The position numbers and the translations under genes were made by a program. Positions 25,218 through 37,620 of a stretch of DNA of 64,000 nucleotides are shown piece by piece. This stretch comes from Paragordius varius (Eukaryota > Animalia > Nematomorpha). Under the pieces are notes generated by a model that ran no database searches, was not told where the DNA came from, and was given only the letters and a program-made list of their open reading frames with translations. How positions within the stretch are numbered: position 1 is the first letter of the stretch; each line of letters opens with the position of its first letter. The stretch spans positions 248,001-312,000 of the forward strand of contig OZ176060.1 of NCBI GenBank assembly GCA_964247055.1, read 5' to 3'.

Positions 25218-26100
25218 TTAAAAATATTTTTCTACAGAAAATGTAGTATATTTGTATGCATTAGTAAGAAAAAATGCAAAATAAATATGGACGATTTTGT
25301 CTATCTTTGAATGTAATTTTAAAAAAACTATTTATTATGTAATGATAGAATCATAATCATATTTGTCAACCACTTAATAATTTTATATTTAATTATAGCA
25401 ATAATAGTACAGTTTATTCTTTAGAAGAAAGAAATAATGGGCATTTAACATTAAAAATGGCGCTGTCTTTTATGAAATCTAAATTCATTTACATGCCAAA
25501 CTTTTACTTAGTGGAAAATCGCAAAATAAAGATATCCCGATTAAAATATTTTTACTAGCTTTCATGCTATCTTCTTAATATTTTTTTTAAAATATATATG
25601 TTAAAAAAGGATTGACAGATTGTTTTCTCTGATAAATAAAAAAATCATTTGAAATATTTGCATTAAATTCTACTTCAAAAATAAATTTTATATTTTATAT
25701 AATAATTATAAAAAATAATCTAAATCACAAAACATAATCAATCCGTCATTTTTATTAATAAATAAAGTTTTGTAATTGTAAAAAGTAGTATGATTTGGTA
25801 AGTGCTGGTTAATATAATATTTATTAGTTAAATAAATTATTTAAATTATCAATAAATAAAACCGTAATTATTTAAAAATATTTAATATAACCTTCTAAGG
25901 TAAATTAAAATTATATATATAATTTAAAAATATTAAATATTATTTTATTTTAAAATGTTTTAAACCCAAAAATAATTGAAAATAATTTAAATATTATGAA
26001 ATGAAACAACAGACGATTACATTACCAACAGTTTTTTTAAATTGTCTGCTTTTTGTTTATTCGAAAAAATATTCAAATTTATTTGGAAAATGGTATATTA
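24440..26100. repeat. Inverted segmental duplication of 42925-44700
   Basis: e.g. GGTCACCATATCGGTACAGC vs GCTGTACCGATATGGTGACC. Continuous through the Helitron end to the conserved hairpin. Confidence 0.9.
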
Positions 26101-27229
26101 CACTAGTCGACAAATTTGGACATTTTTAAGCACCACCACTCAAACTTTTTAAATTATGACTAATTTCAGTGTTTTAAAACCAAATTTGAAAAAATCTTTG
26201 ATCCCGCCAATCAAAATTTTGAAATATTATAGGTTTTTCAATTTTTCAAAAACAAGAGAAAATCGAGAGAAAATTAAATATAACTTTATAATAAAATGTT
26301 ATTATAACTTAATATCATTTAATAAAGCGTTTTAAACTCTATCTTTTGAATATAAATATATCATTTAAATATCAGAGAGAAAAAAATAGTACGGACTTAA
26401 ACGTCAAAATTTAGTCTTTTTTTTCAAGTAAATTTTTAACACATATAAAATATTTTTAAAAAAATACTAAAAAAGGCATTCTATGGTTTAAACCTTCGGC
26501 TTTCAGATAGGTTATATTTTTTTGTTAGATTTCGTTCTTTCGAGTACTTATTAGACTTTTTCTCTTGAGTTGGTTCTTATAAAAAATCCTTTATTTATAC
26601 CTAATGGATATATCTTATTTTTTAAAAATTATTGGTTGTTTTGTATTTTTAATTTCAGATGGATGTTGTGTAGCCACTTTTAGTAGAATTTACTGTTATT
26701 GGATTGGACCATTTGTATTTAACTAATCTTTTTTTTCAATTTAATTGTATAATTTATCTAACTTTATTCTGTGAATTGGTTAATTTGACATGTCAATTTG
26801 GCTGAATTTTGCTTGCAAGTCTCTCTTATCGGGCTTTACGATTACTTATTGTTATCTTTGCCATATCTGGCATAATTGGATCGCTTGGGGGATATGCAGA
26901 GCTTGTGCAGCCGCCCGGATCTATCACACTATACTAAGCCCTTTTAGATTTTAATACTTTGGCTCTTAGCTTGTTTAGTATCTTAATTAATGCCTAGAAT
27001 TTTGTTATTCATGCATGGAATATTACTTGAAAACTTGCTTGTTTGAATATTTAAACATATGTACACGAGGAATGATTGTTATTTTTGAATTAAATACAAA
27101 TTTAAAAATTAAATTTTGGAAAAATCCTATTGGTGGCCTCAATTTTCTTTTTTGTTTTGGCCTTTCCATGCCATTAGGTCGCAGAAAATGCAAAAATAAT
27201 GGGGTGGTGCAAAACCTTGTTGAGCAGTG
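26101..27229. mobile_element. Tc1/mariner-like non-autonomous element, 1.13 kb (copy A1)
   Basis: Left TA|CACTAGTCGACAAA...GCACCACC; right end reverse complement CACTGCTCAACAA...GCACCACC (imperfect TIR). An inverted copy lies at 47033-48156. Confidence 0.75.
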
Positions 27230-27808
27230 TTATTAATTGAATATATTTTTTGTGATTTAATTTAGATCATCTTTTTTTAAAACATATTAGCATATTAAAG
27301 AGTATAAATAAAAAATTTAGTTGATATTTTTAGATTATTTTTTGGATTTTGAAATTTTTATTTTTTATTTTTATATAATTATTTATAATAATAATTTATT
27401 TAAAATTCATCATAGAAATATAATTTCAATAAATATAAAGAAAAAGTTAAATTCCATATATACCAATGTTTCATCAATAAATTCATTATTAATCAAATTA
27501 CCTCATGTACGCATGTGCGTTTTAATTAGATAATTGATAAAATAAAACTGATTATATAATAATGACTAGTTTTTTTATTTATAACACTTTTCTAATTTTT
27601 TTATATCAACATCGCTTTTCTTAAGAAAAAATTTTTAAATTTTAAAATTTTGATATAACTTATATATAATAGTTTTGTCATTTTTAGTGTTTTATTAATA
27701 GCAATCCAGATTTATAAGCGACTTAATGCAATCTTCTATTATAATAGATTATTTTATTTTTTTTTCATTAAGTTTAGTTACAGTTATCTTTGCAAAGTTA
27801 AAATAATA

Positions 27809-28246
27809 CAGTAAAAATTGAGATATACGGAGAAAACGTAAATATATAAGGACAAATCTAAAAGTAGCTCTAATTTTTACTTGGCGATTCTAAACAGTGA
27901 TTTTCAAGTAAAAATCAAGATTTAGAAAGTATGTGGTAACACAATCTATTATATATTTTACAACGTAAGTAAATAATTTTTTTGGAAAAAAATTAATGTT
28001 TAAAAAATATGGTAATGTTTTAATAAAAAATTTTGTCTTTTTATTTCTTAAATGAGAGCATTTATAAATAATGATATCAAACATAGGAGGTCGTAAAGAA
28101 AACTGATGACAATTATATCTCATTCATGCTATTTGTATAGATAAACTTATTTGAAAAAATGTCGTTATAATATTATGGCTGTCTTTAGAAAAAAAATATT
28201 TATGTTTATATTATTACGTTTAGTCGTATAATTTCGATTTTTACTG
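27809..28246. mobile_element. pogo/Tc1-mariner-type MITE (long variant)
   Basis: TA|CAGTAAAAATTGAGATATACGG... and ...CGTATAATTTCGATTTTTACTG|TA. Confidence 0.8.
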
Positions 28247-28441
28247 TAATTTATTTATTATCTACAAAAGAAAACTCCAGAACCGGTCAAAAAGCATTCC
28301 AAATATTTTATTAGCGAAATGCATATTGCGAAACGTCAAATTAAAATAATATGAATCCAAATTTATTTTATGTGCAACAAGGATAAAACTAAAACAAAGT
28401 TATATTTAATACTACATTTAATATATATATGTTGAATTAAG

Positions 28442-29252
28442 TTAATTATGTGTATTTTTAATATGCCTGGCAAGACTGCTTTTTTGAGTATATTCCTTTT
28501 TGCAAATCGGACATACATGTTTAATTTTCTCATGAATAGCATGAATGTGTGTTGCAACATCTCCTCTTTGAGTAAATTGTTTTTTACAAATCGGACATTC
28601 ATGTTTAATTTTCTCATGAACTGAATATATGTGCCTTCCAAGATGGCTTTTGTTAGAAAGCAACTTTGAACAAATGCTGCACGGATATTTCACTTGTTCA
28701 TGAACAGAACGAATATGTTTGGTCAAGCCGCTTTTATCCTTATAAATCTTATCACATTGAATACATCGAAATTATTACCCAATTTTGTAGAATTTAAGGA
28801 CTCAATAGATTTTCCATTATTATTGTTATCATCAAATAGCTTGTTAATATCATTCAAGCTTATGCCATTGGAATCAACATTTGAAGATACCGAGCTTATA
28901 TCTTTTACCTTTTTTGGTGATTTGTATAGAGAAAAATCTAAAGGTTCTGTCTGTTCTCCTACCAAATTAATTATTAGGGTATCTTTGTTGGTTTCGGTAT
29001 TTTCATCATTTAAATAATTATTTTGTTGAGTATTTTCGCTTTTATGTTCCCTTAAATAACAAAGGTTATGGAAAGAAGCGTTCAGAATTCTTCTTAAATC
29101 ATCATTTGTAAAATCTTCATTTTCCAATAAATTGATAAATGATGTCAGTTTAGATGGATCATCAATATACGTTTCTTGTTGATTTTTAAGTTCCACTTTA
29201 TAAAGCTTAGTATCGAGATCACACCAAAGTTTGTAAGTCGTGTCACCGAAAT
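28442..29252 (-). pseudogene. C2H2 zinc-finger paralog D (4 fingers), one 1-bp deletion from intact
   Basis: Acceptor TTTTTAG|AT at 29252; (D)FGDTTYKLWCDLDTKLYKVELKNQQE...LENEDFTNDDLRRILNASFHNLCYL, then linker. AATAAT-T-TCGATGT lacks one base at ~28769 compared with G and F. Fingers CIQC, CSIC, CPIC, CPIC all retain C2H2 ligands. Confidence 0.9.
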
Positions 29253-32200
29253 CTAAAAAAATTGTTAGAAATGTAATTTAATAAGGCAAGTTATCAATAA
29301 TGAAACAATAAATCTTCACAGTCCAAGAAATGACTTAAAACTCAGTTGTACAGGTTTATTATTCTAACTATAAAAATTACAAACTTGGCAAACATTAAAC
29401 AATACAGTAATGATAAAAACCAAATGATAATAATGTAAAAGCATTAAGAAAAATATTTTTTTTATAAAACTATACTTATTAAAAGGAAAACTTCTACATA
29501 AACTATTATATTAAATATGATATCTATATTAACAATTATATCATTATGCCTATTTTGCAACTCGAATCAATGAGTGTTATATATAAAAAATTTCTTTATA
29601 TCTGTACATTATTGGATTTTAGTGGAATTAGATTTAATTTCAAATTTTTAATAAAAGAAAAATTATTAAATAAATGTAATGCATAAAGTCGAGGATTGGT
29701 AAAATATTTTAATTGAAACAAATAAAAAAGACAAATCTTATAAAGAAAGACTAATTGAGATTTTGAAATCAAAATTAATTATTTATCATGCTAATTTAAT
29801 TAAATTAAAATATGCAAAATAAATTAAAGATATTTATTATTATTATAATTATTATTTTATATAAAATATGTTCAGTTCTTTGTCTAATAAATTGTTATGA
29901 ATATTAATATACAGGGTGATGCTAGATATTTTTACATTAAAATAAATTATGAATTTCATTTTTACGATTTAAATATTATATATATACTTAAAAATCAGAA
30001 AAGAAATATTTTATGAATATTAATAATTAATAACAAAAATCATTCAAAATTTAAATTTATTTATAAATTGGAAAAAAATTTCTAATCTAATAATTATCTA
30101 AAAATATTATCTCAATTTTGGTATATATTATAAATATAAACTATAGTTAAGAATAATTTTTAAAACATGATAATTAATAATTTAAATTACAAAAAAATAA
30201 TCCATTAATTAAACAATTAAATTAAAAACAAATTATTTCTAAAAATTAGAATAAATAATAATATTAAAATTAATAAATTTAATATATAGAATTAATTTAA
30301 AATAAATTAATTAAAATATTTTTTACAAAATTTATAAAAATATAAAAATTTTAAAAAATATACCCATTTTCCAAATAAATTTGAATATTTTTTTGAATAA
30401 ATAAAAAGCAGACAATTAAAAAAAAACGTTAAAAAAAATCGTCTGTTCTTTCATTTTATATTTAAAAATCAACGTTTTTTATATTATATTATGGTTTAAA
30501 AATATTATGTTATTAATTTATTTAATTTTTATATTTATTTTATTCTTTTACATATAATTTTTATTTCTGAATAATTATGTTAAATAATCAATTATTTCTT
30601 TAATTGTCAATTATTGACGTAAATATTTTTTCGTAAATAATTAAATAATAAAAAGTATTCAATAAAATATTTAAAATTCTTAATTATTGGAATCGCAAAA
30701 TAAATTATATGACATATATTATATATGTAAATGGAAACCACCCTTTTATAAAAAAATATTTCAATTTTAAAATAACTATATGTTTCCAGGCAAAAATTTT
30801 AAGGCCAGAGAATTTTGGCTGAACTCGAATAAATTTAATATTAAATTTTATCTTAAAATTTAATATAATTAATTATATTGAGAAAATATTTTGTTAAAAA
30901 TATTTAACCTTAATATAATACTTACAAGTGCTGATACTAGATACAAAATTGTCATAAATTATCATATATATTTTGGTAGATACAGTAAAAATAATAATTA
31001 TACAAATAAAACTTTGAAACCAAAATACAAATATTTTTTGGAAAAATTCACCATACTTTTTAATAATTTTAGCATAAACAAAATATGCTTTTAGATATGA
31101 TAAAATTCGGTGAAAGATTTCTATTACATCAGAATTTTGATTAAAAAAGTTGGGTAATTAATCGTAATATACAATTTATAATTAACTTATATTTAAACAC
31201 CACAAAATAATCGAAATTCTGAGGTGATGTATTTAAGATATAGTCAATCCCGTTAAATAGCATTCATTTTTGTGTAATTTTAATTTTATTTTATTCCAAT
31301 AACGTTTAATGGTATTTTTGCAATATTTATTATATGTAATAGTATTTATATTTTATTGGCCATATTTTGGTTACCCCTTTTAACAAACATTTTTCTCACC
31401 ATAATTCAGTTTACGGCATTCTTGTTGTTTTAAGTCATGGCAATAGTATAAATATAAAAATAGGAAGTTAAAGATTTATTACTGTTTTATAAAGGTTAAC
31501 TATTATAGGTTCATTTTTGGATATGTTTTTGATTGAGAACTAAGAGATAACCTATAATTAAATAACATTCTATTGCACCTATATTAGTTTTAAAGTACCA
31601 ATAAAAAAAATATGGATTTATATAAATTAAATTTTCCAAATGTGAAATCAACAATCTAACATTATTACGGAAAACTCACATGAATAATTTAATTTACTTA
31701 AATTGGAAAGAGTATATTATGATAATAATTTGATACAATATAACCTTAAGTTTATATATAAGCGATTTTTCATACAATATTGCTAGAGCCAAAAAGAGGC
31801 AATCAAGAGGGGCAGAAAATAACTACATTTCTTGGTTAATGAATTAATATTTAAATTACAGTATTTGGATTTTTACAATTAAAAATATATAAGGACAAAT
31901 GTTTTTTTAAAAGATTACCTATGTACTTTTATAAGCTTGATATGTTTTAAAATTCATGATTATTATAAACTACAAAGTAGGAAATAGAGATTTATATGGG
32001 TTAAACAATCAAATATGTATTATACAATTGCACAATTAAATAATAGGGGAGAATAATGTTTAAAAAAATTATGGTTATTTTTTATAAAAAAATATTTGTT
32101 ATATTGATTAATTTTTATTTTTGGTTTAAATAGATGGCTTATTTACTCTCATTTGTTACGTCTTATGTAATATAATCTTTTAGTAACTCTATAATACAGT

Positions 32201-34881
32201 TATTATTAGGTGCATATATTTTTAAATGATATCATTTTTTGATATGTTATAAATTGTTAAATATTATTGGGTCCTTACATTTGCTCTTTGTACATCAAAG
32301 GACATTTTTCTAAAAATAAAATTTTTGTTTAAAAACCATAATTATATTTAGTCAATTAAGTTATTTAATTTAATAAGGATCGTGTCTAATTTATTAAAGG
32401 TTTATAATATTTGTATTACAGTGCGTCCGAAATCGGGAAGTATAAAAAAATAATCTGATGACATATATGTATATAAATATTCTGACAAGAGAATGTAAAG
32501 ATTATCATGGTGCTTCTTTTGATTTTTGCTTTTACGAGTGATTTAAGAAAGTTATTATTAACAGTTTTATGGTGAGTGATCTTTATCAGAAAATGGCAGA
32601 ATTTGCCCACATTTCTTAAATAATTTTTTAATAAAAGCTAACTGATAATTCAAAAATATTATTAACAAGTATAGTTATTGATAATAACACAGCGTCTCAC
32701 AAATATCCTAATGTAATATATATTCTTAGGAAAATGTATCATATGGTGCTTTTGTTAAGCCCTTACGAGTGATTCAAGAAAGTTATTTAAACTTTTGTGA
32801 GAAATGTTCCATATCGCAAAATTTGAAAACAATTTTTTTAAATAATTTTTTTTGGTGACTATAGGCTTCAATGCTAAAAAATCACTAAATAATTTATTAT
32901 ATATACATATAGAGTTAAAACAATATAAAAACTTTAATTTTTAGAAGTGGCCCAGATGGTCCCATATTATTCGCTCTTCTAAAATAGGATAGTCCTTTTA
33001 AAATAAACGTCAAAATGCCGAGATTGCGCAATATTTAAATATATTTGATACAAAAAATATTTATATAAAAATACAAATTTTTTTAATCTAATTTTTATCA
33101 AAATTTTGAAGCTACTTCATACTATTTTAAGGTATGATGAAAACAGTATAAAATTGAGATAATAAAATTTTTTTTACATAATTTGATAATTCTAAACATT
33201 TATATCATCTCATTTCGATTATAAGATGATTCTTCAAGTTAAATATAAACTTTTTACAATCAAAATAATTTAAAGCAATCAAACTTATCTAATTAAATGA
33301 ACTTTGAAATGTTATCACTATTGAATTATATTTAAAAAAGTTTATTTTAATGTCTTAAAGCGTTTTATACCTTTTTTGCTAAATTTATTTTATAAGTTTA
33401 TTTGTTATTTGATAAAAATTTGGCGAAAATTGTTACCCGTTTTTTAAAAAGCATGTATTTTAAATTGAAAATAGCAGAGCCGTATTCCCTTAGATTAATT
33501 AAATAGATGGTATTTTTACATGTTTTTCCAGTCAAATTAAACTAACTGTGTTAGAATAAACATTCACCTATTTTTACTTTTATGGAGTTTATAAGCATAA
33601 CATATTTATCCTACATATATTACTATAATATTACCAATATGTCTGTTATTCTAAATTGTATTTTATAAATATAAATAAATTAATCATCTCTAAACTAATC
33701 CAAATTTTCAAACAAAGAAACTAACACAACTAAAACTCGCCAATGTAAATAATTAAGTCTATTTTTGGTTCATATATAGACGTTTGCTTTTTGGAGTATT
33801 TATTTACTTTAAAATATTACAATATAATCTGAATATTTATTAGAATTGAGTTAAAAAATGATAAAACAATTTTTTTATAAATTTAAATTTCAGAACACCA
33901 ATTTTTAATATATATTAGGGTCTTAATTATTTTTGAAATATTTTTTGCACAATGATTTTTTATATTTAATCATATAACTAAAAATTTTTTTTAGACTTGA
34001 ATTTTTCTGAATTTTTTTTTCAATTATCTTCGTGAAAAAATATTCTATTATCAAAGAGTCGGTTTTTTCAAGATTAATCAATTAACAGTTTAAAGGAAGG
34101 GGGTCCAACACTTGCGGGTCGCATTTTTAGCTCAAAAATTACGACCAACTGCATTCGAAATATATATGCGAGCTTTCATAAATAATTTATATGATTTCAA
34201 ACATAAGACGTCGAAACAAAAGGACATTCTTGCTATTTGACATTAATAAAAATTTTCTCAGGAATATCAATTTTACTAAGATTTTGCGAACATGTTTTTG
34301 CAAATTATAAATTCCAAGTTTTTTTGCAGGCAGCACGGACAGAGGGCCAAACACTGCCCCCCTTTGGTGTTAATCATTTAATTTTATAGTAAAGATGAAT
34401 AACTTTTAAGTAAACTTTTCTAACCATTTTTCTGGCTTTTTTTGTCGTTTAAAATAATTGACTGCTTCTCAAAAATATCAGAATCGCAAAATAAAAAAAA
34501 TTAAATTTTATTAAAAAAATTTTTTTTTTAATGAAACATAATTATCTTTAATAAATTATTTAATATTTCATCAATAAAAACTGATAAAATTGTTAATAAA
34601 TATAGGTTGGTATTTTTAAAATAATAATAGTTATTGAAAATTAACTATTTTTAAATGTATACAGTATTTATATTAATTTTTAAAAATTATAATTGTTAAA
34701 CCATCAAATAATAGAAAAAGTATAAAATGAAACGACAGACGATTTCTTTTTAAACGGTTTTTTAAATTGTCTGCTTTTTATTTATTCGAAAAAATATTCA
34801 AATTAAATTTGGCAATCATGATCAGGTCAGTGAACATTTATTTTTGGACCATGGTCATTTAGAGGTTGGTGGTATTTTATG

Positions 34882-34895
34882 AGAGAGAGAGAGAG
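34882..34895. repeat. (GA)n microsatellite
   Basis: Seen directly. Confidence 0.85.
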
Positions 34896-35879
34896 ATTTT
34901 ATTGATTTTTTATATATTTTTTAATATAAATTAAATATTTAAATATGCCTTTTTAACAATATAAAATTGTTAAACATGCATCTTTATGACATTAGCATTA
35001 GGCATATTCATCGATTCAAAAAATAATACAATCAAGCTCTTTGCAAAATATGCAATCATTCCATATATATAAACAATGAAAACATATTTTATAATTGGAT
35101 ATTTCAATGATGAAAGAAAGTGTAAAATAAACTAGGTAAAATTTTATTTGAAATATTCAGTATTCAGCTATGTATTTGAAGATTCAGAAGGCGACAAATA
35201 TGTGACAAAATCTATTCGAAAACAAAATTTTTGATTAAATTTGATTGGAAATATATGTAAAATAAGATATATCAAAAATGTATATAATACAAAGCAAGAA
35301 AATATAATTAATGAAACGCAAGTGTCGTTAGAGCATTATTTTCACAATCCAATATCGCATGATAATTTAAATAAAAAGTAGGTCTGACCGGACTTTTTTT
35401 TGAAAAAGCAGTCAAATGCAAAACCCTAGTTGTCACATATGCTAATTTGAAAGTAAATCTTAGTTTTGTTAAATTCAAAACAAATTTAGGAGTGGTAAAG
35501 ACGTCAAAACTTATGATATGAAGGCCAATATTAGGAAAAAGCGCTATATTTTAATCTACTAAATAAACTCATTGTTTAAACTGTTTAAAATATATATGTT
35601 GGTAACACAATCATTTATATATTTCAAATGTAATTGAATAATTTTACAGTAAAAAATCAAATTATAAGGACAAAACTTAATAGAGACAAATATTTTTATA
35701 TAAAAGAAAACGATACATTTCCCAACCTAAATTTATCCTATTACAATTGTATAATACATAAATTAGTTTTCATTTTACAACTTTATTTCTTACTTTATAG
35801 TTTAAATCAATGTTAATATTATGAAGACTAAGAAGATACACAAAGTATGATTGATTGTTTTTTAGTAAAACATATTTGA

Positions 35880-35881
<2 letters not shown>

Positions 35882-35946
<65 letters not shown>
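35882..35946. repeat. (TA)n microsatellite
   Basis: Seen directly; it abuts the foldback element. Confidence 0.95.
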
Positions 35947-35948
<2 letters not shown>

Positions 35949-36300
35949 TTTACAGTTCAAATTCACCCTTAAACAATTCATATTCATCCTTGAACAATTA
36001 AAATCCACCCTAAAAATAAATTATGTGTTTTCGAACTAATATAACACATTATTAAAATAAAATATATCTTTATAGCATAACTAATAGTTTTTTTCAGTAT
36101 TATGTTAATTTAAAACAAAATTTTATTTTTTAAAAATATATTAAAATATAGGTAATTTTTGATCTTAAAAAACATTTAATTTATTTGAGGGTGAATTCGA
36201 TTTGTTCGCGAGTGAATTGGAATGGTTTAAGGGTGAATTTGAATTGTTTAAGGGTAAATTTGAATTGTTCGAGGGTGAATTTGAATTGTAAATGGTATAC
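35941..36300. mobile_element. Foldback-like MITE with TIRs built from 21-bp subrepeats
   Basis: Left CATTTACAGTTCAAATTCACCCTTAAACAATTC..., right ...GAATTGTTCGAGGGTGAATTTGAATTGTAAATGGTATA. Unit CAAATTCACCCTTGAACAATT occurs about 3 times on the left and about 5 times on the right. Confidence 0.8.
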
Positions 36301-36489
36301 ATACATTTAAGCACGATTATAAGAATATATAATATTTTCATTTTTTTGACTCATGGATATAATATTTTTATTGTTATTTTAGGATTGTGTTTCTATTGCT
36401 TATACAGTAAAAAAATTAAAATTATACGGACGAAACGTAATATAAAAATAGTTTTTTAAAATGACAACCACCATACTTTTTAAAGCTTA

Positions 36490-37260
36490 TCCCGATAGAA
36501 ATTCATATATTTAAATGCTCTAAATATACATTGTGTTATCAATTAACATTTCTATTTAATACTAATAAATAGAATTAAAGCTATTTTGTGAAAATTAGTA
36601 GAAATATAATTACGTACTCATATTTGTTATAATTATTACAGATGTAAATATTATTCTTTTCAATTTGTAGAATGTTTATCAAAAACTTATTAATTAGGAA
36701 TTTTAATTATTTAACCTGCTCTACGTTATTTGAATATAAGTAGCCGCGGTAATTTGACTGTGCGAAGGTAGCATAATCATTTATTTTTTGATTGGAAAAT
36801 CAGGATGAAAGGTAAAACTACTAATGGAAAAATATTTATAAAAATTGAAATTGTAATACGTGTGAAAATACACGTGTGTATAAAAAGAAGGCAAGACCCT
36901 GGGAGCTCTCCTTGTAAGTTTGTGAGGTTGATTGGGGCAATCAATGCAAAAAATTAAATTTCAATTTGATCCACATAGTTGAGTTGTGTGAGAATAAGAA
37001 AAAGTTACCCCAGGGGTAACAGCGTAATACAGTAACAGTAGGCCACATACTTTACAGTGATTGCGACCTCGATGTTGAATTATTAGATCTACTTTTTGCA
37101 GTAAAAAAGTAAGAAAGTCTGTTCGACTTTTAAAATAATCCATGATTTGAGTTCAGATCGGTGAAAGCCAGATCGGTTCCTATCTTTTATCTATAGTTTT
37201 AAAAGGTAGTACGAAAGGGCCCCTTTTATTTTCATAGTTTAGCATATTAATGCGTTAAAT
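36490..37260 (+). rRNA. rrnL: Mitochondrial large-subunit (16S) rRNA fragment inserted in nuclear DNA (NUMT); outer boundaries approximate
   Basis: Conserved metazoan 16S blocks in the correct order: TGTTTATCAAAAAC (36673, 16Sar site), GCCGCGGTAATTTGACTGTGCGAAGGTAGCATAATCA (36743), AAGACCCT (36893), GTTACCCCAGGGGTAACAGCGTAAT (37004), TTGCGACCTCGATGTTGAA (37061), TGATTTGAGTTCAGATCGG (37143, 16Sbr site), AGTACGAAAGG (37208). It is flanked by nuclear MITE sequence. Confidence 0.93.
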
Positions 37261-37263
37261 TTA

Positions 37264-37620
37264 CAGTAAAATATGTAATTATCCGGACGAATTTTTTAAC
37301 TAACAGACATAATTTTTTTATAAGAGACAGAGTGTTAAAATCAAAAGATTATAATTTTTAATTGGCGGACAAATTTTTTTTATACGGACATAAATCCGAA
37401 ATATAATAGGGTGAGAGGAGCTCTTATCTATAACACTGGACAACATTTCTGCCACTCGAGTTTTTTGCATTTTTTGATATTTAGTATCATTCTAACAGTA
37501 AATCTGAAATAAAAATGATAACCCGTTGGAAGAATTTTGTATAATTTGATATTTTTGATTATGCGCCCTCTTTATCAAAATTTTACTAAAAAATGTTTTT
37601 TTTCGAAAATATACAAGTAA
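37264..37620 (+). mobile_element. TA-CAGT-starting element, copy of 18468-18828
   Basis: High identity to 18468-18828; starts immediately after the NUMT. Confidence 0.7.

Noticed and set aside
26660-27012. Minus-strand frame that stays open if TAA/TAG encode Gln (ciliate-type code)
   Set aside because: A TGA-free run of ~120 codons is not unusual at this composition. The zinc-finger and LINE ORFs show no systematic in-frame TAA/TAG, and TAA ends paralog D.
35941-36300. CRISPR-like appearance of 21-bp repeats
   Set aside because: The repeats are head-to-tail without unique spacers, form inverted arms, lack cas genes and lie in a eukaryotic context.
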